The notes: generated by a model from the letters alone, not told the origin. A stretch of DNA of 62,052 nt from Clostridium sp. CAG:217 (GCA_963623125.1 CAVFKJ010000046.1:41253-103304); one strand, 5' to 3'; counted from the stretch's first letter, positions 17,894-28,343 are shown. Numbers and translations are program-made.

Positions 17894-19822
17894 ATGAATA
17901 AAACAAAAAATAAAAAACCTAATCCTGGTTCTTTTATTCCTTATCTTATTGCAGTAGCATTTCTTATTGCGTTATTTTTTACAAATCCTATTTCACAAAG
18001 TGCTACTACAACGATAAACTATACTGAACTTAACAAATTATTAGATTCACAGGTTATTAGAGAAGCTGATTTAACGGTTAATGATAACATTGTTTCAGTT
18101 GTAGGTACTTATGAAGAAAATGGTGTGGTTAAGACTTTTAGAAGTGATGTAGCTAAGACGGATATGAGTGTTGATGACTTATTGTCTAAGCTTGATAAGT
18201 CTGAGGCTTCTGTTACAATTGAGGACGCTAATCAAAGCAGCATTGTTTTAACTTTATTAAGTTCTATCTTACCAATTGTCATCTTTGCTGGACTTGGCAT
18301 GTTGATGATTTCTAAGATGGGGGCTGTCAATGGCAATAATAAGGCCTTTGAATTTTCTAAGTCAAGAGCTCGTAAAGAAGATAATGTTAAGGTTAGATTT
18401 AAGGACGTTGCCGGTTGTGATGAAGAAAAACAAGAAATGGCTGAAATTATTGAGTATCTAAAGACACCTAAAAAGTTTGCGGCTATGGGCGCTAGAATTC
18501 CAAAGGGTATCTTAATGGTTGGTTCCCCTGGTACTGGTAAGACATTACTTGCTAAGGCGGTAGCTGGTGAGGCTGATGTACCTTTCTATTCAATAAGTGG
18601 CTCTGATTTCGTGGAAATGTTTGTTGGCGTTGGTGCTAGTAGAGTTAGAGATATGTTTAAACAAGCTAAGGCTACTGCTCCTTGTATGATTTTTATTGAT
18701 GAAATTGATGCGGTAGGTAGACAACGTGGTGCCGGTATGGGTGGTGGCCACGATGAAAGAGAACAAACTCTTAACCAAATGTTAGTTGAGATGGATGGTA
18801 TGTCAGATAATAGCGGTGTCGTTGTTATTGCGGCTACAAATAGACCAGATGTACTAGATCCAGCTCTTTTAAGACCAGGTCGATTTGATAGACAAATTAC
18901 GGTTTCTTTACCTGATTTAAAGGGCAGAGAGGCTATCTTAAAGGTTCATGCACGTAATAAGAAGATCGCTAGTGATGTTGACTTAGAGGCTTTAGCTAGA
19001 CGTACTCCAGGTTTCTCTGGTGCTGATCTTGAAAATGTTTTAAATGAAGCTGCTATCTTGAGCGTAAGAGAAAAGAAGAATATTATTGAGACACCACAAA
19101 TTGATGAAGCTATTGATAGAGTTATGATGGGCCCTGCTAAAAAGAGTAGAACTTATGATGAACATACTAAGAAGTTAGTGGCATATCATGAGGCAGGTCA
19201 TGCGATTGTTGGTTTAAATTTACCAGATGGTGCTATTGTTCAAAAGGTTACCATTATTCCTCGTGGTAATGCGGGTGGTTATAACTTAATTACGCCTCGT
19301 AAGGAAAAGATTTTAAATTCTAAGAAAGAACTAGTGGATACTATTACTTCTTATATGGGTGGTAGAGCTGCTGAAGAAATCTTCTTTGATGATATTACTA
19401 CTGGTGCAAGTAACGATATTCAACAGGCTACTAGAATTGCTAAGGACATGGTTACAACATATGGCATGTCTGATTTAGGTCCTGTTCAATATAATAGTGA
19501 TAATTCGACGGTATTCTTAGGCAGAGATTATAATTCACCTGCTAATGCAAGTAGTCAGGTTGCCTATGAAATTGATATTGAGGTTAGAAAGATTATTGAT
19601 TCTTGTCATGAACTTGCTAAGAAGATTATCAATGAACATAAGGACGATTTAATTAAGATTGCTGAGGCTTTAATTGCTCAAGAGACAATTACGGCTGAGG
19701 AAATTGAGAAAGTATTAAGTGGTGATTTAATTGTAAAGGATGGTAAACTTATTAAGAAGGAAGAAGATGAAAAGGTCATTGACGTAAATGCCGAAGATTC
19801 TTCTGATAAGGAAAATGCGTAA
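17894..19822 (+). CDS. ftsH: ATP-dependent zinc metalloprotease FtsH
   Basis: Walker [14 protein letters not shown], Walker B IFIDEID, the SRH, and zinc motif HEAGHA. GGAGG RBS lies 7 nt before ATG 17894. Confidence 0.95.
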   Translation: MNKTKNKKPNPGSFIPYLIAVAFLIALFFTNPISQSATTTINYTELNKLLDSQVIREADLTVNDNIVSVVGTYEENGVVKTFRSDVAKTDMSVDDLLSKLDKSEASVTIEDANQSSIVLTLLSSILPIVIFAGLGMLMISKMGAVNGNNKAFEFSKSRARKEDNVKVRFKDVAGCDEEKQEMAEIIEYLKTPKKFAAMGARIPKGILMVGSPGTGKTLLAKAVAGEADVPFYSISGSDFVEMFVGVGASRVRDMFKQAKATAPCMIFIDEIDAVGRQRGAGMGGGHDEREQTLNQMLVEMDGMSDNSGVVVIAATNRPDVLDPALLRPGRFDRQITVSLPDLKGREAILKVHARNKKIASDVDLEALARRTPGFSGADLENVLNEAAILSVREKKNIIETPQIDEAIDRVMMGPAKKSRTYDEHTKKLVAYHEAGHAIVGLNLPDGAIVQKVTIIPRGNAGGYNLITPRKEKILNSKKELVDTITSYMGGRAAEEIFFDDITTGASNDIQQATRIAKDMVTTYGMSDLGPVQYNSDNSTVFLGRDYNSPANASSQVAYEIDIEVRKIIDSCHELAKKIINEHKDDLIKIAEALIAQETITAEEIEKVLSGDLIVKDGKLIKKEEDEKVIDVNAEDSSDKENA

Positions 19823-20091
19823 TGGATGAACTTACTACTTTAAATAAGCAGATTGATTATTTGGTTAAGCATGATGTAAAGTACAATTCTTATGAGTTTC
19901 TTTGTTTCTATGGAAATATGGATAACTATTTAAAGAAGACTTATGGTAAGGATTCGCCTTTATATAAGGAATTTAAGGAGATTAAGTTTGCAAGCAATCT
20001 TTATGAAAATGATGATAATACTATCATTAATGTTGAGGCTTGCTTAAATGGTTTACTTAAGGCAAAGGAATTGTTGAAGGGTACTGTTTAG
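19822..20091 (+). CDS. Hypothetical 89-aa protein, start overlapping the ftsH stop (TAATG)
   Basis: An ORF only, with no recognisable motif. The 1-nt overlap with ftsH and a following terminator support expression. Confidence 0.4.
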   Translation: MDELTTLNKQIDYLVKHDVKYNSYEFLCFYGNMDNYLKKTYGKDSPLYKEFKEIKFASNLYENDDNTIINVEACLNGLLKAKELLKGTV

Positions 20092-20106
20092 TACTCTTCT
20101 TTTTTT
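20076..20106 (+). terminator. Rho-independent terminator
   Basis: gaagggtac/gtactcttc stem (one G-U pair) followed by TTTTTTT. Confidence 0.6.
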
Positions 20107-20179
20107 AAAAAAGTAAGGAATTTTAAGAAAAATTAGTAATAATAATATATACAAAGATTCTTGTATAGGAAGGAGAAAT

Positions 20180-20710
20180 ATGGAAAAACAAGTAAAGAGA
20201 AATGAAATTTATAATGGTAAGATCATTCATGTTGTATGTGATGATGTAATGATTGATGATGGTACAATGTCTAAAAGAGAGGTTGTTTACCATAATGGCG
20301 GTGTTTGTATTGCCTTAAAGGATAAAGATGGTAAGTTTTTTATGGTTAAACAATATCGTTATGCTTTAGAAAAAGAAATGATTGAATTTTGTGCTGGTAA
20401 GATTGAAAAGGGTGAGGATCCCGATATTGCCATCATAAGAGAATGTGAAGAAGAATTAGGTTATAAGGCAGTTAATGTTCAAAAGTTTGGTTATGTTATT
20501 CCAACTTGTGGATATTGTTCGGAGAAGATTTACTTATATTATGGTGAAGTAGGCGAAATGGTTGGCACGCATTTTGATAAGGATGAGCGTATTGAACCGT
20601 TGAAGTATTCAGCTAAGGAAATCAAGGATATGATTAAGTCTGGTGTTATTGATGATGGCAAGACAATCGCGCTTATGATGCACATGGAAATGGCAGGTTT
20701 AAATGTATAG
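20180..20710 (+). CDS. NUDIX hydrolase, ADP-ribose pyrophosphatase-like
   Basis: Nudix box GKIEKGEDPDIAIIRECEEELGY. GGAAGGAG RBS. Confidence 0.8.
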   Translation: MEKQVKRNEIYNGKIIHVVCDDVMIDDGTMSKREVVYHNGGVCIALKDKDGKFFMVKQYRYALEKEMIEFCAGKIEKGEDPDIAIIRECEEELGYKAVNVQKFGYVIPTCGYCSEKIYLYYGEVGEMVGTHFDKDERIEPLKYSAKEIKDMIKSGVIDDGKTIALMMHMEMAGLNV

Positions 20711-21500
20711 TTTTGAACAATTAGTTTTTGATACTGCGAATAAAAAAAGAGAAGAGTGCCGAATTTATTTCAATGATTTTTTCAAGGAATATAACAGTAC
20801 AACTTATATTTTTGATCCTTCGATGCCCGATGATGATAAACAATCTGTTTATGATATGTTTAGTGGTATTGATGAAATTGATGATAGGGCGTTAAGTGTA
20901 CTTGAACAAAATCCATATTGTGTAGAAGCGTTTTATGTTTCTTATAAGTTATCTAATGATGTAACTTTACAATATTACTTCAATAAGATGCTTAATGCGA
21001 CGGTTGGTTTTAATGAACTATCAAAGTATCATCAAAATGCCTTATTGTTTATTTTGAATTGTTATTGTGATTTCTTGTCTTCTATTCATAATTATACAAA
21101 GGCTATAAAGGTGGCAGATGTTTTACTTGACTTAGACAAAAATGCGATTAATAAATATATAGATATGAAAGTATTCTATTATAGTCAAATTGAGGATTTG
21201 GATCATTTATATGATTTGTATTTAAATGATAGTTTTAAAGATCCAGCTTGTTATATCTTCCTTATTGTGACTTGCTTAAAGCATGAGGATGAGATTAAGG
21301 CAAAAGAAGTTCTTTCGACTTTTATTTCTACTTATCCTAAGGCTAATTATATTGATCATATTTGGGAGATGGATTCTGATAAAAGCCCAGAGGCTAATCA
21401 AATGCGTAGTGCGATATCTTATTGTTATCCTAGCATTTGTGCAATTCCTTTCTTCTTCTCTTGGTGTGGTAAAAACAAGGAAGAACAATTGCTTTCTTAA
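20703..21500 (+). CDS. Hypothetical 265-aa protein
   Basis: An ORF overlapping the NUDIX gene stop by 8 nt. It looks helical and Cys-rich, and I recognise no family. Confidence 0.4.
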   Translation: MYSFEQLVFDTANKKREECRIYFNDFFKEYNSTTYIFDPSMPDDDKQSVYDMFSGIDEIDDRALSVLEQNPYCVEAFYVSYKLSNDVTLQYYFNKMLNATVGFNELSKYHQNALLFILNCYCDFLSSIHNYTKAIKVADVLLDLDKNAINKYIDMKVFYYSQIEDLDHLYDLYLNDSFKDPACYIFLIVTCLKHEDEIKAKEVLSTFISTYPKANYIDHIWEMDSDKSPEANQMRSAISYCYPSICAIPFFFSWCGKNKEEQLLS

Positions 21501-21509
21501 TTAGATAAT

Positions 21510-21752
21510 ATGATAAAGATTAATTATTGTGATTTAAAAGATAACATGAAGGCATATATGGATATGGCTGTGTATAAACAAGAGACCATACTTGTTAAAA
21601 GAAAAGAAAATAAGAATGTAGTTATGTTATCTAAGGATGCTTATAACAATTTAATTGAAAATTTGTATGTAATGGGTAATAAGGCTAATTTTGATTGGCT
21701 TATGGAGTCTAAAAGACAACTAGAAAATAGTAATATTAAGGTAATCAATTAG
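21510..21752 (+). CDS. Phd/YefM-family antitoxin-like protein
   Basis: The pattern ETILVKRKENKNVVMLSKDAYNNLIENL matches the Phd/YefM N-terminal fold signature. Confidence 0.6.
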   Translation: MIKINYCDLKDNMKAYMDMAVYKQETILVKRKENKNVVMLSKDAYNNLIENLYVMGNKANFDWLMESKRQLENSNIKVIN

Positions 21753-21813
21753 TTGTAAATTTAGCACTCAATTAATTTGTACTAAATTGTTTTGTATATA
21801 TAATAAATGTGTT

Positions 21814-22110
21814 ATGGAAATAGATATTAAAAAATTAGATGGCATTAAAAATGAATTAGCTAGTATAGATAAGGACGATACTTTATATATCATGGAAAAT
21901 GGCAGTGCTAAGTATGCACTTTTGCCTATTGATATTTATGATGCATTAATGGAAGAAGATGAGGATGAATTTAATTTGTCTTCTCCTTCTATTAAAGTTA
22001 TCGCTCCTGGTAATATTGAGCTAAGCTATGACGAATATGAGGCAGTTAAAAAGCGCATTATTGACGCTTTTGATAAGACCTTTAAGCCAAAAAGAGAGAA
22101 ATTGAATTAA
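21814..22110 (+). CDS. Second Phd/YefM-like small protein with an acidic tail
   Basis: TLYIMENGSAKYALLPIDIYDALMEE resembles the Phd/YefM core. The ATG at 21814 lies about 10 nt after a TATAAT (21799-21804), so the mRNA may be near-leaderless. The track start at 21787 is a TTG. Confidence 0.4.
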   Translation: MEIDIKKLDGIKNELASIDKDDTLYIMENGSAKYALLPIDIYDALMEEDEDEFNLSSPSIKVIAPGNIELSYDEYEAVKKRIIDAFDKTFKPKREKLN

Positions 22111-22733
22111 TGAATAAGGGAAAATTTATCGTATTTGAGGGTCCGGATGGTTCTGGTAAGACCACGGTTGCCTTAAGAGTATGTGAACTTTTAAAAGAGA
22201 AGGGCTTTGATATTGTTCATACTAGGGAGCCTGGTGGCATTGATATTGCGGAACAAATTCGTAATGTAATTTTAGATCCTAAAAATACTGCCATGGATGC
22301 TAGAACGGAAGCTTTACTTTATGCGGCTAGCAGAAGGCAGCATCTTGTACAAAAGGTTTTGCCAGCTATAAATGAGGGCAAGATTGTTATTTGTGAGCGT
22401 TTCTTATTTTCTTCTTTAGCTTATCAAGGTAAGGCTAGAGGAATTGGTTATGATGGCATTTTAGATATTAATAACTTTGCGATTGAAAGCCATATGCCTG
22501 ATTTAACTATTTATTTAGATATTGATGAACAGCTTGGTCAAAAGCGTATTAATCAAAGAAGCAGTAAGGATAGACTTGATAGCGAGTCCATTAATTTCCA
22601 TCATTTAGTTAATGAGGGCTATAAAGAGGTTCTTGATAAGTTTAAGGATACCAAGATTGTTGATGCGTCTAATGATGTAGAAAAGGTTGTAAGTGATTGT
22701 TTATCTATTATAATGGATTTAATAGATGATTAA
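22110..22733 (+). CDS. tmk: Thymidylate kinase
   Basis: P-loop FEGPDGSGKTT plus the TREPGG motif. Confidence 0.95.
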   Translation: MNKGKFIVFEGPDGSGKTTVALRVCELLKEKGFDIVHTREPGGIDIAEQIRNVILDPKNTAMDARTEALLYAASRRQHLVQKVLPAINEGKIVICERFLFSSLAYQGKARGIGYDGILDINNFAIESHMPDLTIYLDIDEQLGQKRINQRSSKDRLDSESINFHHLVNEGYKEVLDKFKDTKIVDASNDVEKVVSDCLSIIMDLIDD

Positions 22734-23682
22734 GGATGTTTTAAAAGAAAAAGAGGCTATAGCTTATCTTAGTTTAAAGAATGATTTAAATAGTGGCCAT
22801 ATTGCCCATAGTTATTTGTTTTATGGCGATTTAAATCCTTTTAAGAAAGATGTAGCTTTTTTGTTGGCTCAAAGTATAGTTGAGGGCAAGAATGATTTTG
22901 CGTGTGAGACTTGCAACACTTGTAGAAGAATAAAGAATAATCTTTATTTTGATGTTATCTATATCGATGGTTATAAGGGTTCAATTAAAAAAGAGGATAT
23001 TGAAAATATTATGTCTGAATTTTCAAGAACTTCTTTAGAGTCTAGTGGTAAGAAAGTTTATATTATCGATAATATTAATAATATTAGTGCCAAGGGCATT
23101 AATATGCTTCTTAAGTTTATGGAAGAGCCTAGTAATGATCATACCTATGGCATTTTTATAAGTGATAACATTGATACTTTACTTGAAACAATTATTAGTC
23201 GATGTGAGAAGATTCCTTTTGTGACTAAAGATTTTTCTTATTTGATTAAAGAATATGAGAATAAGGGCTTTGATTATATTGATGCTTATTTACTAAGTGA
23301 TATTAAACATGAGCTTGTGGATATTGATGTCAATGATGAGGCTTATTTAAATGGTAAGGAATACGCTTATAAGCTAATTGATAATTTAAACAATAAAGAG
23401 TATATTCCAGTACTATTTTCTAGAGATTTTTATAGTTGTGTTAGTAAAGAGAATTTTAAACAATGTAGCGATTATTTTCTTTCTATTATGCTTAAGATGA
23501 TTCATGATGGTTTAAATGATTGCAAAGTTGATGATAAACAATATAATGAGTACTTAGCTATTTTAAGAAATAGTGATATTAATAAGTTATTGGATATCTT
23601 TTTAAGGGCCAAGGATAAGACTAGTTTGCCGATAAATCGAAACTTATTGTTTGACCAAATCGCGTTTGAAATACTATCATAA
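22726..23682 (+). CDS. holB: DNA polymerase III subunit delta'
   Basis: HSYLFYG, zinc module CETCNTCRR, and the conserved tmk-holB-ricT order. Confidence 0.8.
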   Translation: MIKDVLKEKEAIAYLSLKNDLNSGHIAHSYLFYGDLNPFKKDVAFLLAQSIVEGKNDFACETCNTCRRIKNNLYFDVIYIDGYKGSIKKEDIENIMSEFSRTSLESSGKKVYIIDNINNISAKGINMLLKFMEEPSNDHTYGIFISDNIDTLLETIISRCEKIPFVTKDFSYLIKEYENKGFDYIDAYLLSDIKHELVDIDVNDEAYLNGKEYAYKLIDNLNNKEYIPVLFSRDFYSCVSKENFKQCSDYFLSIMLKMIHDGLNDCKVDDKQYNEYLAILRNSDINKLLDIFLRAKDKTSLPINRNLLFDQIAFEILS

Positions 23683-23686
23683 ATAT

Positions 23687-24544
23687 ATGAGTGAAAATAT
23701 TAAATATCTATCCGTTCGTTTTCAAGCTACGAACAAAACATATACTTTTTCAACCACTGATCCTACTATTAAGATGGATGATGGAGTTGTTGTTGAGACC
23801 CAAAGAGGCGTGGAGTATGCTAAGGTCATAGCTGAGCCTTTTGATAAACCAAATGTTTCAATGGAAATTAAGCCTATTGTTAGAAAGGCTAATAACGAGG
23901 ATTTAAAACATTACAATCAAAATATCGAAGATTGTAAAGAGGCTAAGGAAAAGTGTCAAAAAGAGGCTGATAAGCTTAATTTGGGTATGAATGTTATTTC
24001 GGCTGAGTATACACTAGATCGAAACAAGATTACTTTTACTTATGTAGCTGATGATCGTGTTGATTTTAGAGAACTACTTAAAGTATTGGCTTATATGTTT
24101 AAGTGTCGTATTGATTTAAGACAAGTTGGCACAAGAGATAAGGCTAAGATTGTATCAGGTATTGGCACTTGCGGTAGAGAACTTTGTTGTGCTAAATATC
24201 TAAGCGAATTTGATCGCATTTCAATCAATATGGCCAAGAATCAACTTTTAGCTTTAAATGTTTCTAAATTATCTGGACAATGTGGCAATTTAATGTGCTG
24301 TTTAAAATATGAAGATGAAGCTTATAAGGATTTAAGAAAAGACTTACCGAAGATGAATTCCAATATTGAATATGAAAACGAAAGATATAAGCTTACTTCA
24401 ATGAATGTTATTGCGCGTAATTGCAAACTTGAGAATGCTAACCATGCGATTTTCATTAGCTTGGATGAGTTAATGAAAAAAGGTAAAGTGCTAAAGCCTA
24501 TGGCAAATAATAAGAAAAAGGAAGAGGAAAGTGTCAGTGAATAA
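23687..24544 (+). CDS. ricT: PSP1-domain regulator RicT (YaaT)
   Basis: PSP1 C-terminal cysteine cluster GTCGRELCCAKYL...GQCGNLMCCLKYE. The ATG at 23687 comes just after the holB stop. Confidence 0.85.
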   Translation: MSENIKYLSVRFQATNKTYTFSTTDPTIKMDDGVVVETQRGVEYAKVIAEPFDKPNVSMEIKPIVRKANNEDLKHYNQNIEDCKEAKEKCQKEADKLNLGMNVISAEYTLDRNKITFTYVADDRVDFRELLKVLAYMFKCRIDLRQVGTRDKAKIVSGIGTCGRELCCAKYLSEFDRISINMAKNQLLALNVSKLSGQCGNLMCCLKYEDEAYKDLRKDLPKMNSNIEYENERYKLTSMNVIARNCKLENANHAIFISLDELMKKGKVLKPMANNKKKEEESVSE

Positions 24545-25355
24545 GGTGACACTTTTTTTGGTTGCAACGCCCATTGGCAATTTAAATGAGGCTTCTCCTA
24601 GAGTGATTGAAACACTTAAAAGTGTTAAGCTTATTGCGTGTGAAGATACGCGTAATACGATTAAACTATTAAGTCATTTTGATATTCATACTAAGATGAT
24701 TGCTTATCATAATTTTAATGAAGAAAAGGCTTGTATAGATATCTTAAATTGTTTAGACAATGGTGATGATGTGGCTTTAGTAAGTGATGCAGGATACCCG
24801 TTATTATCCGATCCTGGTTATGTTTTAGTTAATGAAGTAATTAAAAAAGGTTATAGCATCAATACGGTAAGTGGACCTAATGCTGCAATTAACGCCTTGG
24901 TGGCCAGTGGCCTTCCTACTAATCATTATCTATTCTATGGTTTTTTAAATGCTAAAAGTTCTAGCGCTAGAAAAGAACTAGAGGAATTAAAAGAGTTTCC
25001 GTATACCATTATTTTCTATGAGGCTCCTCATCGCATTAATAAGACCCTTAAATTAGTGTTAGAAGTGTTTGGCGATCGAAAGGCTGTTGTGGCAAGAGAA
25101 CTTACTAAGATTCATGAGGAATATCTAAGGGGAAATCTAAGTGATCTTTGTAAGGTTGAAGAATTTAAGGGTGAACTAGTTTTGATTGTTGAAGGTTTTA
25201 AAAAGGAAGAAGAGGAAGTTGATTTTTCTATATTAAAAAAAGAAGTTGATAAACTAGTTGATGATAATATCAAAACAAAAGAAGCTATTAAGCTTGTAAG
25301 TGAAAAGTATCATGTTTCTAAAAATGAGTTATATGATTACTATCATAAGAAATAA
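24531..25355 (+). CDS. rsmI: 16S rRNA (cytidine1402-2'-O)-methyltransferase RsmI
   Basis: LFLVATPIGNL, CEDTRNT, SDAGYPLLSDPG and FYEAPHR motifs. Confidence 0.9.
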   Translation: MSVNKVTLFLVATPIGNLNEASPRVIETLKSVKLIACEDTRNTIKLLSHFDIHTKMIAYHNFNEEKACIDILNCLDNGDDVALVSDAGYPLLSDPGYVLVNEVIKKGYSINTVSGPNAAINALVASGLPTNHYLFYGFLNAKSSSARKELEELKEFPYTIIFYEAPHRINKTLKLVLEVFGDRKAVVARELTKIHEEYLRGNLSDLCKVEEFKGELVLIVEGFKKEEEEVDFSILKKEVDKLVDDNIKTKEAIKLVSEKYHVSKNELYDYYHKK

Positions 25356-25487
25356 AAACGGATAATACGTTGATAATTTCTAAAAATGGCCAAAAAAGGT
25401 GAAAAATGGAAAATAACTACTGAAAATCCGTTTTTATTTTCTAAACCATAATTTTTTGTTTTAAAAACTATATAGCGTGTATATAAT

Positions 25488-25598
25488 AAAGACAGTTTTC
25501 TAGGGCAGGGTGCGATTCCCGATCGGTGGTATACCCCACGAGCGTAAGCTGAACTTGTGAAATTCAAGTGGCGACAGTAAAGTCTGGATGGAAGGAGA
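25488..25598 (+). promoter_or_regulatory. FMN riboswitch (RFN element)
   Basis: Conserved core AGGGCAGGGTGCGATTCCCGATCGGTGGT...CCACGAGCG...GTGAAATTCAAGTGGCGACAGTAAAGTCTGGATGGAAGGAG. It lies directly upstream of a RibU-like gene. Its 3' end contains the GGAAGGAG Shine-Dalgarno sequence. Confidence 0.9.
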
Positions 25599-25610
25599 TT
25601 TTTTTATTTT

Positions 25611-26204
25611 ATGAAAACTAATTCAACTATTCGTCTTGTTTGTGTAGTGGCCATACTTGGGGCACTAGCTGGTGTTTTGATGTTGCTGGAGTTTCCACTT
25701 CCCATTGCACCACCATTTTACAAAGTTGATTTATCACTTGTGGCACCACTTTTAGCTGGCTATGCGCTAGGGCCTATTGCAGGTATCTTAGTGTGTCTTG
25801 TAAAGGTTTTGATTTCCATTATTCTAAATGGTACAACGACAGCTTTTGTGGGCGAGTTTGCGGCTTTTATCATGGATGGTAGTTTTACTTTATGTGCATG
25901 TCTTATTTATAAGAAGGAACATACTAAAAAGGGTGCCATTAAATCACTTATTTGTGCTACTTTGACTTTAATGCTTGTAGGTGGCCTTACTAATTACTTT
26001 ATTCTAGTGCCAGCTTATGTTAAATTTATGAACATTCCTTTAGAAGCGATTGTTTCAATGGGCAATGCCATATTTAAGAGTGTAAACTCTTTGCTTACAC
26101 TTATCTTATTTTGTACGGTACCGTTTAATTTCTGTAAGGGTGTAATAATCAGTGTTATTACTTACTTGCTTTATAAACGTGTTTCACCAATTCTAAGAGG
26201 ATAA
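25611..26204 (+). CDS. ribU: ECF-type riboflavin transporter S component RibU
   Basis: A 6-TM protein collinear by eye with B. subtilis RibU/YpaA (LMLLEFPLP..., ILVPAY, PFNFCKGVIISV). It sits under FMN riboswitch control. Confidence 0.85.
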   Translation: MKTNSTIRLVCVVAILGALAGVLMLLEFPLPIAPPFYKVDLSLVAPLLAGYALGPIAGILVCLVKVLISIILNGTTTAFVGEFAAFIMDGSFTLCACLIYKKEHTKKGAIKSLICATLTLMLVGGLTNYFILVPAYVKFMNIPLEAIVSMGNAIFKSVNSLLTLILFCTVPFNFCKGVIISVITYLLYKRVSPILRG

Positions 26205-26232
26205 AAAATCAGGATTATTATTCCTGATTTTT
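26204..26232. terminator. Bidirectional terminator between convergent genes
   Basis: aatcagga/tcctgatt stem flanked by an A-run and a T-run. It overlaps the stop of the minus-strand ORF. Confidence 0.65.
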
Positions 26233-26784
26233 GTTTTCACTATTTGAATTATCTAGGGCTTCCTTAGCTTTATCAAGTGCTTTGATTAAAGTATCAAGTC
26301 CTTTATCAGCTACATTAATGGCGCTCTTTTTAACATTTTCAATAGCTTCCTTAGTTTCTTCCTTATTCATAAATTCCATAAAGCTATCTTTTAAGCTATT
26401 GGCCATATTTACAGCGCTCTTAACATTTTCATTGTCTAAGAATTTTTCCATAGTGCTCTTTGTATCGTCTTCTACTTTGACTTTTTCTTCTTTTACGGTA
26501 GGAAGAATTTCATCAAATTTGTAGTATGCATACTTTGCAGCCTTATCGCATTTCTCTAAAACTCTATCTAAGAATTTGCTTAGTTCTTCTTCATCAGAGA
26601 TTTTATCAACCACACCTTTAAGCTTTACACTAGCCTCATTGATTGTATCAATTGTTTTGTTTGAAACAGATTTTAGTTTCTCAGCTGTTTCGCTATCAGC
26701 TTCTTTTAGTTTTTTATCACAGGCATCTTGAATGTTGTTGATGATGTCTTGCATCTTTTTAATCGTATTATCAAAAGTGTTCAT
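26218..26784 (-). CDS. Hypothetical 188-aa helical, lysine/glutamate-rich protein
   Basis: An ORF with a GGAGG RBS and no TM segment. It has repeated K/E/D-rich helical heptad-like segments, and I recognise no family. Confidence 0.5.
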   Translation of the reverse strand: MNTFDNTIKKMQDIINNIQDACDKKLKEADSETAEKLKSVSNKTIDTINEASVKLKGVVDKISDEEELSKFLDRVLEKCDKAAKYAYYKFDEILPTVKEEKVKVEDDTKSTMEKFLDNENVKSAVNMANSLKDSFMEFMNKEETKEAIENVKKSAINVADKGLDTLIKALDKAKEALDNSNSENKNQE

Positions 26785-26835
26785 AATTTACCTCCGCTTT
26801 CATTATAACTCATAAATTATTGTATAATAACTCAT

Positions 26836-27777
26836 ATGAGAAGAGGTCGATTTGATGTGGGAGGAGGGTTATTCTTCCTAATTCTATTTTTTGCGTTTTT
26901 TGGTGAAATATTAACTGGTGTGTTTTCCCTTTTAGTTTTTCTTTTGCCTGTTGGTGTAGCAGGATATTTGATTTATAAGTTTGCGAAAAAGGGTGATAAT
27001 ACAAATTCTTATAATGGAACGCGCGTTACAAAGCAAAGTAATGAGGGTACTTATGTAAGTAAAATGTCAGTACCTGAACTTAATAAGATTGATAAGAAAC
27101 TTAATAGTTATTTTAAGAATAATGTATCTTTGCCGGTAATTGATGGTGTTACTTTAACTACCAATGGTAAGTTTACGACAGCTGATCAATTATTTTTGGC
27201 TTATAAGGATGAGAAGATTTGTAAGTTATCAGAATTTAAGTATAACTATCCTGATGTCTATAATAAGATTATGGACTTATTGTTGGTATTTTCTACTAAG
27301 TCTGATGATGTATTAAAGACAAGTGTTGAGACTGTTGAGATTAAAAAAGAGGAAAAGCTATCGGATGCCAACAAGTATATTGATAAGATTGATGAATTAA
27401 ATAGAGCTATCCCTCAAGAAGAGATTACTAATGGTTTGTATCAAACTTGTGATTTGCTTAAGCAAATTGATATTTTAAGCGAAACGCATAGTGATGATAC
27501 TAAGGTTTCTAAATTATATGATTACTATTTGCCTATTTTAACTAGTGCTTTAGAGAAATATAAGAAGCTACAGGATGCACCAGTTCATGGTGAGGACTTT
27601 AGTAAGTGCGAGGCTCAACTTATTAAGACAATTGTTTTGATTAATGAGGCTTTAAAGACTATTTGTTCTAGTATGCAAGAAGATGATTATATGAATATCA
27701 ATGCGGATATGAATACTTTACAGAGTTTGCTAAAAAAGGATGGCTATGGTGAGAATCCTTTTGGAGGTAAAAAGTAG
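26836..27777 (+). CDS. XpaC-like (5-bromo-4-chloroindolyl phosphate hydrolysis family) membrane protein
   Basis: Two N-terminal TM helices. The C-terminal helical region (LYDYYLPILTSALEKYKKLQ...) resembles the XpaC family, which normally partners with TelA. Confidence 0.45.
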   Translation: MRRGRFDVGGGLFFLILFFAFFGEILTGVFSLLVFLLPVGVAGYLIYKFAKKGDNTNSYNGTRVTKQSNEGTYVSKMSVPELNKIDKKLNSYFKNNVSLPVIDGVTLTTNGKFTTADQLFLAYKDEKICKLSEFKYNYPDVYNKIMDLLLVFSTKSDDVLKTSVETVEIKKEEKLSDANKYIDKIDELNRAIPQEEITNGLYQTCDLLKQIDILSETHSDDTKVSKLYDYYLPILTSALEKYKKLQDAPVHGEDFSKCEAQLIKTIVLINEALKTICSSMQEDDYMNINADMNTLQSLLKKDGYGENPFGGKK

Positions 27778-28343
27778 TGGCTGATCAAGATATTTATAAG
27801 TTAGTTGAGCAGTTAAATAAGAATAAGATTTCGGATAATTCTAAAATTGAGGAAATCTATAATATTCTTGATTCAATTGATAAAGAAGATAAAAGCGATA
27901 TTAATTTACATGTTGAAGATAACGGTAAGAGTGTTAATACTAGTAAGCGTAATGTTAATTTAGCTGATTTAAAAAATAAGATTAGGCCAGTTTCTAAGCC
28001 TAGTTTTCCTAAGGAAATAAGACCGTTTGATAATCGTAGCGATTGTTTCTTTAATATCTTAGCGGAAGTTGATTATGGTAGTAATAATAATGAGGATTAC
28101 GAAAAGGGTCATAAAGATGCTTTAAGTAAGTATTATATGATTGTTAAGAATAACGCTAAGGATTTATATGTTGTTGAGGGACAAGTAAATGATGAGCTTA
28201 ACAATCGTTTAGCTAATAAGACTAGTGATTATTATGCAAATGGTTATTATGATGGTTTAGAGTATGTTTCTAAGGCTTTATTTAAATCAAAGGAACTTAT
28301 TAGTAAGAAGATTTATCAAGAATTATTGAAAGAGTTGGGTTAA
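27777..28343 (+). CDS. Hypothetical 188-aa protein, translationally coupled on both sides
   Basis: Its GTG start overlaps the upstream TAG, and its stop overlaps the downstream ATG (TAATG). No recognisable motif. Confidence 0.45.
   Translation: MADQDIYKLVEQLNKNKISDNSKIEEIYNILDSIDKEDKSDINLHVEDNGKSVNTSKRNVNLADLKNKIRPVSKPSFPKEIRPFDNRSDCFFNILAEVDYGSNNNEDYEKGHKDALSKYYMIVKNNAKDLYVVEGQVNDELNNRLANKTSDYYANGYYDGLEYVSKALFKSKELISKKIYQELLKELG

Noticed and set aside
25354-25435. A 10-bp inverted repeat (aaaaacggat ... atccgttttt) enclosing a 62-nt loop after rsmI, followed by a T-run. It could be an unusual terminator or a small RNA.
   Set aside because: The loop is too long for a standard intrinsic terminator, and I see no convincing internal structure or conservation evidence. 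I cannot support a feature call from sequence alone.
25343-25567. A 74-aa minus-strand ORF in the rsmI-ribU gap.
   Set aside because: It overlaps the conserved core of the FMN riboswitch on the opposite strand. The riboswitch together with the downstream ribU explains the region.
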